Positions 51,628 to 63,939 of a stretch of DNA of 64,000 nucleotides are shown here, in pieces. The translations under genes were made by a program, and so were the position numbers. The notes beneath the pieces were generated by a model, which made no database searches, was not told the DNA's origin, and saw only the letters and a program-made list of their open reading frames with translations. Within the stretch, counting starts at the first letter, position 1, and every line of letters starts with the position of its first letter. The stretch is from Octopus sinensis (lineage: Eukaryota), in contig NC_043000.1 of assembly GCF_006345805.1 (NCBI RefSeq), positions 139,500,001-139,564,000 on the forward strand. Direction: 5' to 3'.

Positions 51628-52239
51628 TATAATAGTTCTTATGTATGTATGTTTTCCTATTTTTGTCCATTTAACATATATGTATCTTGGAAGTAAGTTC
51701 AGATATATTTTACATTGAGTTATAATATTGGTTTAGGGATGTATGTGCATTGGAAAACTTATAACTTAACTTTATTTCTTAATGCAGTGCAGTTTAAAGA
51801 AACACATAATGAATTGTAACTATATAATATACTGGTATGAATAAATGTTATCCTTCTTTGTCTGGTGTATACATACATATGTGTATGTGTGTATATTTAT
51901 ATATGTTAACTATTTTTATATGCTTCAATACATCACAACTTTAATAAACCACACACTCATATCATTCATAGTTTCATTCAACATTTACTTCCCATTGCAT
52001 AAATAGGTTGGACAGCTCTTCTTAAAACATTTCTATGCTTGGTTGTTCTTCCTGCAGGTAACTCTTATCTGTGTCCATGTAAGGTGGTAATATTCACCAT
52101 GGCTGACATATTTTCATGCAAATTTGGAAATGATGGACACTTGTCATATAACAGTAACATTATTTACAGCAATAATGTGATGTCAAAACAAGATGACACA
52201 AACTCACACATGAAAACACATGCCCACACATATGCATGC

Positions 52240-52270
<31 letters not shown>

Positions 52271-52459
52271 TATATACATACATACATATGTATATATATA
52301 CATATATATATATGTATACATATATATATACATACACATATATATATATATATATATATATAAGTTCAGCAAAAATTTAGTTTCAAATGAATATGGTACT
52401 TAATTTAGATGCACCAGAATTCTGTATGGTGTTATCCATAAAAATCCGTGGGGTGATTG

Positions 52460-52696
52460 TAATCAAAATAAGCAACAAGAATGACTCTGGTAATTTGGTA
52501 CGATCGTTTCGTACTACATCATTTTATTACAACAGTTTTAAAGAAAATTTTTGTGTTAATGGAAAACCTCTATAATTGGCTGATGAGTGCTCAGCATTTT
52601 AAAACTGTTGTAATACTTACAACATTTAATAAAATGATGTAGTACGAAACGATCGTACCAAATTACCGGAGTCATTCTTGTTGCTTATTTTGATTA
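52460..52696. repeat. Near-perfect inverted repeat of a PLE-type pseudo-LTR
   Basis: 52460-52542 versus 52597-52696; the right arm carries an extra ~14 nt. Confidence 0.85.
52573..52665 (+). ncRNA. Type I hammerhead ribozyme, intact catalytic core
   Basis: TAATTGG-CTGATGA-[GTGCT..CATTTTA/TAAAATG..AGTAC]-GAAAC-GATC-GTA-CCAAATTA; predicted cleavage after A52657; palindromic ACGATCGT. Confidence 0.8.
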
Positions 52697-52715
52697 TATA
52701 TATACATATATATAT

Positions 52716-52816
<101 letters not shown>

Positions 52817-53039
52817 GCATATACATATATGTATATGGAAAATAAAACAAGCTAGAAAATACTACAATAATTCTATCATGAAATACATTTTGTAATGGTT
52901 AGTATAAATTTGTCTTTTTGACTTTTAAAACTAAATGTAAAACAAAGGTGGATATTAATGAAGAAGAAAACAATTAAATTGAAGAAAAAAAATTAAATGA
53001 ATTTTTGTTGTTTAAGCAGCAGCAGAAGCCAAAGAAGAG

Positions 53040-53114
53040 CAAGGCAAAGAAGAGGGAGATGAAGAAGAAGAAGGAGAGGAAGAAGAAGAAGAAGAAGAGA
53101 AGAAGAAGAAGAAG

Positions 53115-53145
<31 letters not shown>
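53040..53145. repeat. (GAA)n purine tract
   Basis: Direct reading. Confidence 0.95.
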
Positions 53146-54614
53146 TCTTCTCCTCCCTCTTCTTCCCTTGTCCTTCTTCAGCTACTGCTGCTTAAACTGT
53201 CAAACTTAAGAACGAAATATATCTTTGTGCCCTCTGCTTCTACCTACCTACTTACATTAGGAATCTTTACAAGAGAGAGAGAGAGACTCAGAAAAAAAGT
53301 AAAATGTCCCACCTATTTGAAGACTATGGAAATATTTACCCAAACATTTCATTTAATTTTTTCTCCGATTTGTTTTTCTTCTTAATTAACATCCACCTTT
53401 ATTTTACTCTTAGTTGAAAAAGTCAAAAAGTCAGAAACCGGTACTAGCCTTTACAAAATGTATTTCATGATAAATTATTTTAACATTTTCTACCTTGATT
53501 TATTTTCCTTATACATATCAACTTGTGTTACTTTTTGACATTCAACATGTGCACGCACACACACACACACACACATACATGATTAGCTTCATTTTAGTTT
53601 CCATTGACTGAATCTACTCACAAGACTTTAGTGGGTAAAAATGTGTATTGATAAGTTCATTTGTCAGTCTGGTTTTTACACTATATCTTTATATGTTCAC
53701 AGTTTAACAAGTACTATTTTGTCTTTTAATATTCTTCAGGAAAAAATAATGTAAAGGCATTAACAAACAGCAACTGTGATCCACGATTGACAACTGCCTA
53801 GAAAGCTTTTTCTTTGAATACCTTCTGATAAGGTTCAGCTTGCTGAAGTTTACAAAATCTATTTTAGCCAATGAGCATGCAGCTTAGACACCACAGTTTG
53901 AGAAATGTGGTAACACTATTTGTGTTGTTAGTGCATATTCATAATAATATTTTAACTAATTAGACAGTTGTTTTGGCTTCACTCTGTTGTTGAGAAACAT
54001 CTGATAGTAGAAACAGTTCTGCCTTAAATATTTTTCTATGAAATGAAATTCAAATCAATATTAATATTATTATTCATGTTAATGTTCATCTGAAATGAAT
54101 TTTTCCAAAAACTCCTTTTGCTCCCTCTTTTGCTACTGCAAGTTTCAAATAATTGCTTAATGTGATCTGATGGATATTAGGGTTCCTTCTTGGTTACTAG
54201 TATATTACTTGTGTATTCATACGTGTTCTAATAATGAGTTTCTCATCTGGCCTATAGATAATATTTCAACACAATTCAGGCACTTGATGCATTACATCAT
54301 AGTTTTGCTTTTATGATGCATATTTGCATTTAAAAGTATTCTTTTCTTAGATTTTGTGTTGTGTTGTGAGTGTGTGCGTGTGTGCATGCGTGTTTGTTTG
54401 TATATGAGTGTGCATGTCTGTGTCTGTATGCCTGAATGCATGTGGGGTGTGTCAAGGTGCAAGCATGACCAAATAGTTGAGAAGTGTGATTCCTGACAAC
54501 ATGGCTTGCGGTTCAGTCTCACTGCATAAATACTTAGGCTAGTATCACCAAAAAGCCAAAGACTTCCAAGTGGATTTGGTAGATGAGAATTGAAAGAAAT
54601 TTGTCCTTTATATG

Positions 54615-54670
54615 TATGTGCGCGTGTGCGTGCGCGTGTGCGTGCGCGTGTGCGTGCGCGCGCGCGTGTA
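54615..54670. repeat. Alternating (GC/GT) repeat with a 12-nt unit
   Basis: GTGCGTGCGCGT repeated; purine-pyrimidine alternation. Confidence 0.9.
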
Positions 54671-55089
54671 TGTGTATGTATATTTATGAAAAAGAAGAAC
54701 GAAAATGCTATTTTAAAAAAATTATGTACATTTAAATTTCTTTATATAGATTCATTAAAAAATGTTTTTGTTTTACATGTTTCGGTTGTTTGTAAACCTT
54801 ATCAAAAATATGTAGAGAAAAAAATTATAAATAAAATTATTACTAAAGTAAACTTTTGTAGTGTACTTTTCTTTTTCCTGTAAGAGCACGTGGTAATTTC
54901 CATTAATTTTCGTGGCATTGCTTGTAACAACTTAGCTGCTGTCTGTGATGGTAAATTAAGTAGTGTGTTTTTAAAAGGAGGAGCTGCAGCAGTCAGATAA
55001 GCAGCAGCAGCAATAATAGTTGTCGTAAAGTTATCTCCCTGAAGTCTTCACAGAAATGGATTTATTCAATCTTTATTTCTTATGAATAA

Positions 55090-55810
55090 TATACATATAG
55101 TTTCAGTGTTCTGAGCTTAAAGAATTTAGACTCGGTCGATACTTACTCATGAAATGTATTTCCTTGCTAATGCGTTCATTTTGGCAAGCATTGTCTTTGA
55201 ATTTGTATAATGGAAAAGTTGAGAATTTGGGATATTTATTGGATGCACATCTGTCTGTGTTTACTGACAGACATTTTCCTGTATACCAGAATTCTAATTT
55301 GAGATTTGTGTACCGCCATCCTCTGACGTAGGCTGTTTTTTGTGCGTCCAATATATTGCCATTTGCATCCTGAGCATGTAATTAAGTAAATCAAATTCTC
55401 TGTTACACATGTAAATTTAGCTTATATGATAAAATTTTGGCCTTGTTCTAATTGGTTGACACAGATCCCACATTTGGGCCTCCCACACATTTTTACTGTC
55501 GGCTTTGTGGTTATTGTTGAGTGTAATTTGGCCTGGGTTAAAATCCTCTTCATTGATTCTGGTTCTCTTGCTTTTGATGATTGTGTGTGTTTGGAGGATT
55601 TGATTCATCTTTGGGTTCTTCTTGAGTAGAGCTGCGCTATGGAGAATAATGTTGAAGGCCCCATTGTTATGTGAGTTGTGTGTGGAGATGTAAGGCAGGG
55701 TTTTCAATTTCTCTTTCTTCTTTGGTCTTGGTTGTCTAAGTTCTCGTGTATTTAATTTAAGGACTCGTTGGATCGTATTGACGATTAGGGGTTGTGGTCG
55801 TTTGCGCTAG
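55090..55810 (-). pseudogene. Penelope-like element 3' fragment (thumb, linker, GIY-YIG), decayed
   Basis: IQRVLKLNTRELRQPRPKKK..TLPYISTHN..IIKSKR, then FSTFPLYK..RISKEIHFMSKYRPSLN. Confidence 0.75.
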
Positions 55811-55858
55811 TAAGCCATTAATTTAATTAATTAATGAAGAAAAGTAGTAGTAATAGTA

Positions 55859-55911
55859 CATTTGCGATCGTTTCTGTTTACCAGTTTTAGTGGTAGACGT
55901 CATCAGAATGC
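55859..55911 (-). ncRNA. Decayed type I hammerhead motif
   Basis: GCATT-CTGATGA-[CGTCTACCA/TGGTAAACA]-GAAAC-GATC-GCA-AATG; U16.1 mutated to C. Confidence 0.6.
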
Positions 55912-56129
55912 ATAGCCATATGTAGAGGTAAGAAGAGAAAAAGACATAGGGATACATTAGTAATGAGATTAAAGACAAAGAATGGTGAGTCTTACATTAT
56001 AGTAGATTTCTTAGTTGATAATTCTGTTGCGAAGTAGATGTAGAATGGAGGTTATTTTGATCTGTAGTCCCAAGTTTAAGTAAGCGTATATTTTCAACGT
56101 GTTTATACTGGCTAGACTTTTCTGGTGTG

Positions 56130-56154
56130 AATAAGGAATATATATTTATATCTG

Positions 56155-56231
<77 letters not shown>

Positions 56232-56232
56232 A
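56130..56232. repeat. (TCTA)n microsatellite
   Basis: Direct reading. Confidence 0.95.
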
Positions 56233-56270
56233 TAAGTGTGTGTGAGTGTGTGTATACACGTACATATACA

Positions 56271-57176
56271 TACAAGTTATGTTTTAAAATATATCCAACT
56301 TTATTTTTCCCATAAAAAAAGATGCCATGTAGCAAATCCTTTGGGTAGAACGTGACGACACCCTTCCTGTGTGTGAGTAAAAAAAAATTACGATGGCAAG
56401 CAGCATCAGTTCACAGCTGTTATGACTAGAATACAGACGTGTAATGTGCACTCGTCAGATTTTCGTTTTCAAAGAACGCAGTGAGCAGCAACATTGCATC
56501 AAGTTTTGCAAAAAGCTTGATGATACTTAAGCTCAAACCATTCAGAAGATTCAGTTGACCCTTAGCACTGATGCCATGGACAAAACTCAGATCAAGGAGT
56601 GGTACAACCGCTTCTAACACAGACTCACCACTGTGGAGAGTGAGACATGCTCAGACGGGCCATCCACAAGCTGAAACGAGTGCCGACTGCAAAAGTTGTA
56701 TGAATAGTCATGGAAAACCGTGCTAGTAACAACCCAGGAAATTGCTCACGAAGTGCAAACAAGCACAGGATTTCGTTTTAACAAAGGATATATGCATGTG
56801 GGGAGGGTCAGCAAAATTCGCCTTTAAGGTGCTGGCAGAGTAGCAGAAGCAACTCAGTATGGAAGTCACTCAGGTCATGTTGGATTGTGCAAACTACGAC
56901 CCAGACGTAGTGAAATCCATCATCTCAGCAGATGAAAGATGGGTTTGTGGTCTCTGCTTGATGAGGTTTATCAACTTTCGTTACAGCGAAAATCTGACTG
57001 GCACACAGTACATGTCTGTACTCTAAGTATAATAACTGTGAACTGACACAGTCTACTAGTGTGAAAATTTTCAAGCATGCACAGGCAGCAGAAGGGTGGC
57101 ATCACTTCTCTACCAAAACGTGGCATTAGTTTTGGCAGGTAAAATAAAGTTGCATACCCTTTGAACGCAACTTGTA
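56271..57176 (+). mobile_element. Internally deleted mariner transposon
   Basis: TIRs TA-CAAGTT..CAACTTT at both ends; relic EQQHCIKFCKKL..AMDKTQIKEWYNRF..VESE..DGPSTS and IISADERWV (first catalytic D). Confidence 0.85.
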
Positions 57177-57667
57177 TATGTGTGGGCGTGTATACATATA
57201 CATATATATATATGTATGTATGTACGCATGGATGAATACATGTGAGTTTGAATCTCATTTTCTTAACATCACATGATAGTGATGGGTATTACTGTCATAG
57301 AAGCAGTTTCATTCCTATCCAATATTCTATGAGAACATGTCTGATAATGAGGAAATATTACTTTACTTCGAAACAGATAAGTTGTAGGTGACAGTAAAGG
57401 GATCTATCTCTAGAAAATCTCTCTCAGTATACTCCACTCAACATGTGCAATCATAAAGGAAAGTTGGCATATACACAACGTACACATACATGCACATGTG
57501 CACATATATGCGTGCACACACACGCATGAACACACACATGCACACAAGGTTTTGGTTGGTTTGGCGCTGTTAGAAAGGCATTTGCTCAAACTGCTATGCA
57601 GTAAGACTGAATGCAAGGTCCTTTACCATACAGTCTTACCTATGTTTTTATAAAAAGTAATGTATAT

Positions 57668-57741
<74 letters not shown>

Positions 57742-57894
57742 AGGTGCATGCGTGGCTGTGCGGTAACAAGCTTAATTTCCAACCACAGGGTTCCATGTTG
57801 AGTCCCACTGCGTGACACCTTAGGCAGGTGTCCTCTGCTAATGCCACATGGTTGGGAAAGGATTTGGTAGATAGAAACTGAAAGAAGTCCGTCA

Positions 57895-57945
<51 letters not shown>

Positions 57946-58177
57946 TGTGTGTGTGTGTGTATGTATGTATGTCTGTGTTTGTCCCCCATCATCACTTGAC
58001 GACCGATGGTGGTGTGTTTAGTCTCTGTAACTTAGCAGTTCGACAAAAGAGAGTGATACAATAAGCACTAGGTTTCCAAAGAATAAGTCCTGGGGATGAT
58101 TCGTTCGACTAAAGGCGGTGCTCCATCATGGCCACAGTCAAATGACTGAAACCAGTAGAAGAATAGAAGAAAGAATA
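57742..58177 (+). mobile_element. SINE family A
   Basis: AGGTGCATGCGTGGCTGTGCGG head, internal (TA)(TG), tail AAGAATA. Confidence 0.85.
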
Positions 58178-58699
58178 AAATAATATATCTACTACATTCG
58201 CGGTTAATTCCGTCTGTGGATGTGTTGGTGGAGTTGTTAGCTAACTCCTCCTACATCGTTTCATCGATTTTGATGAAACCTGACAAGTGAATAGAACCCA
58301 TATCTGGAAACCTCATGACATACTCAGATTGTTGAAAAAAATCATTAATAGGGCCCCTGGAAGGGATCCTTATATATAACGAATATATTTTATTTTAGCA
58401 GCCAAGGAAAATAACCCATTCATTTTCCTGTATTATTTCGTATAAATCAAATTGAGTTTGCTTATTTCTTAGTATTTGAACTGTTAGAGTTATTTTCGCA
58501 ATTTATCAAGTACCACCCTTAAACAAGTAAATAGTATTTTCCTAAACCATAGATGCACTTATTTTGGTTATTGATGTATTCAGGAATACACCATGAATGA
58601 GGATGCCTTTCACGTCATTTCAGCTAATTGACAAGCGTTGAATGAAGAACTGTTCTTCTTTTAGACAAATGCACTGTCAACACAAAAGTCACACTCTGT

Positions 58700-59010
58700 T
58701 CACATGTAGGAACACCTTCTTAAAATCTATCTGTAGATCTTGAAAATGGCCAGCGCGTATATTTCACAGAAGATAATGCTCGAAACGTAGTTCTGAATCC
58801 ATGAGAAACCACTTTGACCGCTCTCTTCAAATTATGTCAATGTGATCTGTTTGCCTGAACACTGTTTTATGTAGAGGTCCCCATGTACTATACCTAGGTG
58901 GACACTAGATGGAACAAACGCCAGCAAGGAACACTCATTGAGGACTGGGAAGAAGATGCTGTCTTCAGAATTGGGGCCATCGGGCGAGTATACACTATGC
59001 ACCCTAATGA
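58700..59010 (+). pseudogene. Helitron Rep/Helicase coding fragment
   Basis: Frame +2: LSVDLENGQRVYFTEDNA..P*ETTLTALFKLCQ.D.FA*TLFY.EVP.YYT*..IGRVYTMHP, matching the RepHel HLENGQRVYF..TTLTAFF..GRVYTVHP block. Confidence 0.8.
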
Positions 59011-59074
59011 TGGTGATGATATGCCTCCATTCATCTTCCCATACAATCCCACACTCAATACGAAGGCCTAGCAA

Positions 59075-59513
59075 CATAGGAAGAACCTATGTCTCTCCAC
59101 CATACCTCACAAGTAGGAAAATCCAATCATGGCTGTCAGACAATTTCTGCAACCACATCACCCCTAAAATTTAGCCACCTAACTCCTCAGACTGCAACCC
59201 TTTGATTATTATGTGCAGGTTGCAGTTGAGCAAGAGACCAACAAAACTCCTTGTAACACCAAAGAGGAAATGATGGCAAGGATTATCGCAGCATTCACCA
59301 ACTTAAACAGAGACTATCAAGAAGAGTTGCAACAGATTCTGAAGTCGTCTGGAGGCCGTGATTGAAGCCAATGGTGAATTTATGAAATACATTTACTCAA
59401 TAGTATTTCAAGTTCTTTTAATGTAAGTTTGGTAAATATATCTGTTAAAATGAGACATCAGTGTTATTTTTATTTTTGCGTAATTTAGATGACAGTTTAT
59501 CCACCACACCCTG
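59075..59513 (+). mobile_element. Tc1/mariner (maT/DD37D-like) 3' fragment with right TIR
   Basis: TSRKIQSWLSDNF..I*PPNSSDCNP/DYYV..VEQETNK..SRLEAVIEANG; ends CCACCACACCCTG. Confidence 0.8.
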
Positions 59514-59526
59514 TGTGTTTCTATAT

Positions 59527-59910
59527 ATTCTTTTATTTGAATCAGTCATCTGACTGAGGTCATGCTGGAGCACCGCCTTTAGTCGTACAAATAGACCCCA
59601 GAACTTATTCTTTGTACGCCTAGTACTTACTCTACCGGAATCTTTTTCCTAACCACTAAGTTACAGGGACGTAAACACATTAACATCGGTTGTTCAGCGA
59701 TGTTAGGGTGGACAAACACAGACACACAAACATATACATATATATATATATATTTATACGATGGGCTTCATTTAGTTTCCGTCTACCAAATTCACTCACA
59801 AGGCTTTGGTTAGCCTGAGGCTATAGTAGAAAATACTTGCCCGAAGTGCCACACAGTGGGACTGAACCCAGAACCATGTGGTCGGTAAGCAAGCTACTTG
59901 CCATACAGCC
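59527..59910 (-). mobile_element. SINE family A
   Basis: Same structure as the other copies. Confidence 0.85.
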
Positions 59911-59912
59911 AA

Positions 59913-60075
59913 GGCGTGTGGCTTAATGGTTAGAGTTTTCAGCTCACGATCGCAAGGTTGCGAGTTCGATTCCTGGTGGCGCATTGTGTACTTGAGCAAG
60001 ACACTTTATTTCACATTGTTCCAGTTCACTCAGCTGGCAAAAAATGAGTAGCTCCTGTATTTCAAAGGGCCAGCC
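59913..60075 (+). mobile_element. Another tRNA-derived SINE head, back-to-back with the previous copy
   Basis: GGCGTGTGGCTTAATGGTTAG..GAGTTCGATTCC..CTTGAGCAAGACACTT. Confidence 0.75.
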
Positions 60076-60662
60076 ATATTAGCCATACATATATATCTAC
60101 AACACACACACACATACATACACACACACGCACACATATTCACGGACCACTAGAGAGTTATACATTTTTATCACTTCATATTGCATTCCAGCACATGTTT
60201 ACACTAAATAAATGTCTAAAGCTGTACAGGAATGTGAACCTTTGAATTAGAACCTGCACTACATTTGATTTAATATAAATCTATTAAATGCCCCAAATTA
60301 TTATCTCAAAGGAACCTAAGATACTTATTCAGCAGAAACACATTTTGGAATTTAATATGAAAACAATAATATTTATGCAATAAACTTTAACGTCAGGGAA
60401 CCCTCCATCTTCCTTATCATGTATGGATAGTATAATCTGTATTCTACATAAAACCATTGAAACTGAACCCAGGATTTACCAGTCGAAGTGAGTACAGTAT
60501 AGTTATTTATGCTAAAGGGTTCTAAATGTTTCCTATAGTTTGATGTGGTTGGCCAAGTCTGCATCTTATGAGTGTGCTCGTAAGGTATCTGTGCAGATTT
60601 AAATTCCCTGTTTCTTTGTGTTATACATACATACTTACACACACAGAAACACATACATACAT

Positions 60663-60707
<45 letters not shown>

Positions 60708-60749
60708 TACATACAGACAGTATGCATATATATACATGTGCGTGTATGT

Positions 60750-60783
<34 letters not shown>

Positions 60784-60910
60784 TATATATATATATATAT
60801 ATATATATAAGAGATAATGGTATCATTGAGACCCAAAGGTGTCAGGTAATGCTGAATAAGTACTATAGACAGTCCATTGTTAAGTTCCAGATTCGGTAAT
60901 ATTGCGAATA

Positions 60911-61919
60911 AAGGGTTCGGATCTTTTCATTTTGAAGGCCAGATTTTCCTAGTTAACTAAAAAATTTGAAACTTCGTATACTGGTAGAATGTGTCACAAG
61001 AAAACATTATTGTAAACAAAATTGAAAACAAAATTGTTATTCGTAACTTAAACGTAGTTTAATTTTTACGAATTTTAACCAATGAAATCCCAGCATTGCT
61101 GCGTTATCGATATTGATAAAGAAATATAGCAGACGCACCACACACATACACACACACATTTGCACAAGCACATAGTAATTAATATATAAGCGTACACACA
61201 CATACAAACGGACATATACACACACACACATAGTAATTAATATATAAGCGTACACACACATACAAACGGACATATACATATACGCACACAAGCAAAAATA
61301 CACGTTCGTGTTTTGCCACTTGCCGCAACAAATTTGCACAGAAGAGGGGGGTCAATGTTTCATCATTTCGGGGTCGATACATTAAGTACCAATTACGCAC
61401 TGGTGTTGAGGATTTTTTCCCCAATTTATATCACAGCTTCCGACAAGCTGGGGGCATCCTTTTATGAAAAAATATTTCGCAAATTTTTACAATACTACTC
61501 ACACTCCACGCGAAAACTCGAGACCGATTTAGGCATATTATTGTTTTGTTTTTGTTGTTTCTGGCCCTTCAAAACCATGGGAGAAGCCTTTTCGGTAAAA
61601 AAAAAAGAAAGAGAATATTCAAAAAATATCGTTAATATTTTTATTGGGCGATGAAATTAATCGATTTAAGAGATATAGCTGTTATTTCTAGCACATGTAG
61701 AAGACAGAAGAAGAGGTAAATAATTTGAGCTCGAATGCTGCGATTTCATTGGTTAAAATTCTTAAAATTAAACTACGTTTAAGTTACGAATTACAATTTT
61801 GTTTTCAATTTTGTTTACAATAATGTTTTCTTTTGACACATTCTACCAGTATACGAAGTTTCAAATTGTTTAGTTTACTAGGAAAATCTGGCCTTCAAAA
61901 TGAAAAGATCCAAGGGTTC
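60911..61919. mobile_element. Long-TIR MITE with perfect 8-bp TSD (Merlin-like)
   Basis: AAGGGTTC|GGATC..~179-bp TIR..GATCC|AAGGGTTC; element 60919-61911; interior holds a 58-bp tandem duplication and a SINE B fragment. Confidence 0.8.
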
Positions 61920-62053
61920 AACTATTATGCCTATAAAACGGATTTACAACTTCAATACCCATACATATCTTGCATCTATTTTCTTTTCTCCACCTCACTC
62001 CCCATTTTGTATCACATCTAAACTAACTATGACTTAACTTTCCTCTCAAACCA

Positions 62054-62103
62054 TCTCTGCTGAAGGGGTATTATTAATTAATATCCTAGAAACAGCTGTA
62101 AGA
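62054..62103 (+). ncRNA. Decayed hammerhead-like motif
   Basis: TCT-CTGCTGA-[AGGGGTATTA/TAATATCCT]-A-GAAAC-AGCT-GTA-AGA; palindromic ACAGCTGT. Confidence 0.5.
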
Positions 62104-62324
62104 CCTTCTATCTCTAAATGCTCTAATATCTATACAACCTTGGTTTTTATCTTATTACACAAAAATTTCTTATATATATATATATATTTACATATATATG
62201 ATGATACTCAGAATTTCACATTCCCATTTGTCGGACTGTTTTGTTAGATTCTTATAAATAGATAAAACTACGTAAAGGGCATGGATACATACGAAGCGAA
62301 CCCCACACACATACATAAAACTTC

Positions 62325-62525
62325 ATGGATGACCATAACAATGTCAACAACACAACTAACATGGTCAGCAGCAGCAGTGGTGCCAACAATGGCAATAATA
62401 ATAACAACAACAACAACAACAACTACCACAATGGCAACATCATGGACGAACACACATACACAGAGGATCACAGGAACTGTGCCATATATACTTTTCAGGT
62501 CTTAGGACATCAGCAGTGTAATGAG
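62325..62525 (+). CDS. Candidate first coding exon of a host gene (Asn-rich N-terminus)
   Basis: TTC-ATG-G start; MDDHNNV..poly-N..DEHTYTEDHRNCAIYTFQVLGHQQCNE; donor GAG|GTGAGA, phase 0. Family not recognised. Confidence 0.45.
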
Positions 62526-63912
62526 GTGAGAGGATGGAGCTGAGGGGAAGGCCACACTGCGGCTAAAAGCTATGACACATACAAGCACGCACACACACAC
62601 AAACAAGGACACAAATACATGCAGATACATGGATACACATTTTAGACGAACAGACTGGAGTAAGTGGAGTAAGAACACACGCGAAAACGAAAAGTGTCAT
62701 TGAAAAGGTCACAGATGTGTGAGAAAAGAATTCTGGACATTGGACATGAATTAAAATAATAAAATAAGAACAGTAATAATTGAGTGGAAGAAGAAAAAAA
62801 TATATATATAGTGCATGTGTGTATTTGGCAAAAAAAAAATGACCAATCCCGAAATACAACAATATATGTTTCAACACACGATTTCACATCAGGAATCTTG
62901 CAAAACGAATTGATAAACGTATATATATATATATATATACTCTTTATCTTTTATTAAACTTTCAAAACTTTTGATATATATTTAAAATAATATAAATTAA
63001 ATTAATTTTATGTATTGGCTTATGTTTTTCATTGTTTGATCTGCCTAATAGTGGTTTTATCTCTAATTTAATATAATATAATATAATATATTTATACTAT
63101 AAAATTGGATTTAATCCTAAATCTGATTTTTCCCTGTAAGTTTGGATTTATTCCCTAATATTTTATTATATATATATATATATATATGTTCCATTTCATT
63201 TTTACTTACTGTTATACCCACTAGTCTTTGAATTCTTCATGCAGCTCTATTTTTTAGAATAACATTCACTATATGAGCACTGATAATTGATTTTGTTTCA
63301 GCTAGCAGTTTCATATGTAATTTGGAATGTTTCTATATACACACGAGTTACTCTTGTAACATTGTCTAATAATAAAAGTAACATATACATAATCATCTAC
63401 AACGACACACACATACACATAAATACACACACCCATGTTTGTATATGTATATATAAATGTATGTATGTATGTATGTATGTATGTATGTATATGAGTATGT
63501 TTGTGCTGCTGTGTGTATATAATTGATCAAATAAAACCAGAAGAAATGTTTTGGTATTTAACTATATAATTAGTATTAAAAGTCATGATATTTCCTGTTA
63601 TGAATTTATTCACTGAAAGAAGGATTGATAATTTTTTTATTATTCATTTCCGAATCATGCTCAAGTTTCTAAGTTAACAGTATCAGCAAAGCTGGAGTTC
63701 TTTTGTAAATACAACTAACTTTATTTCTCTTGCTTATGTATTTAATTTTAAAAAAAGAGTGGAATATTTATTCAAGTTGTAATTTGTTTTTTTTGCTAGT
63801 TAATGCTTTAAACTTTTTTTATTGTTTTTAATACACTAGTTATAACTATTTGTAGAAATCGCTTAAGAACAAACGTTAACAGTCACAGAAATTTTATTTA
63901 TTCTTATTTCAG

Positions 63913-63939
63913 TCGAAGAAAAGGCTGCTGCATCAGGAG
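63913..63939 (+). CDS. Candidate 27-nt exon (SKKRLLHQE in phase 0)
   Basis: Acceptor TTTATTCTTATTTCAG, donor GAG|GTAGGA; phase matches 62325-62525. Confidence 0.4.

Noticed and set aside
53256-53264. 9-nt minus-strand microexon (AG|ATTCCTAAT|GTAAGT)
   Set aside because: The pyrimidine tract comes from a (CT)n microsatellite; too short to support without reads.
58765-58800. CAGAAGA..CTCGAAACGTA as a hammerhead
   Set aside because: Explained as Helitron coding sequence (FTEDNARNV); no stem I.
62848-62900. Minus-strand CTGATG..GAAACATAT hammerhead-like string
   Set aside because: Core incomplete, stem II weak and stem I does not pair.
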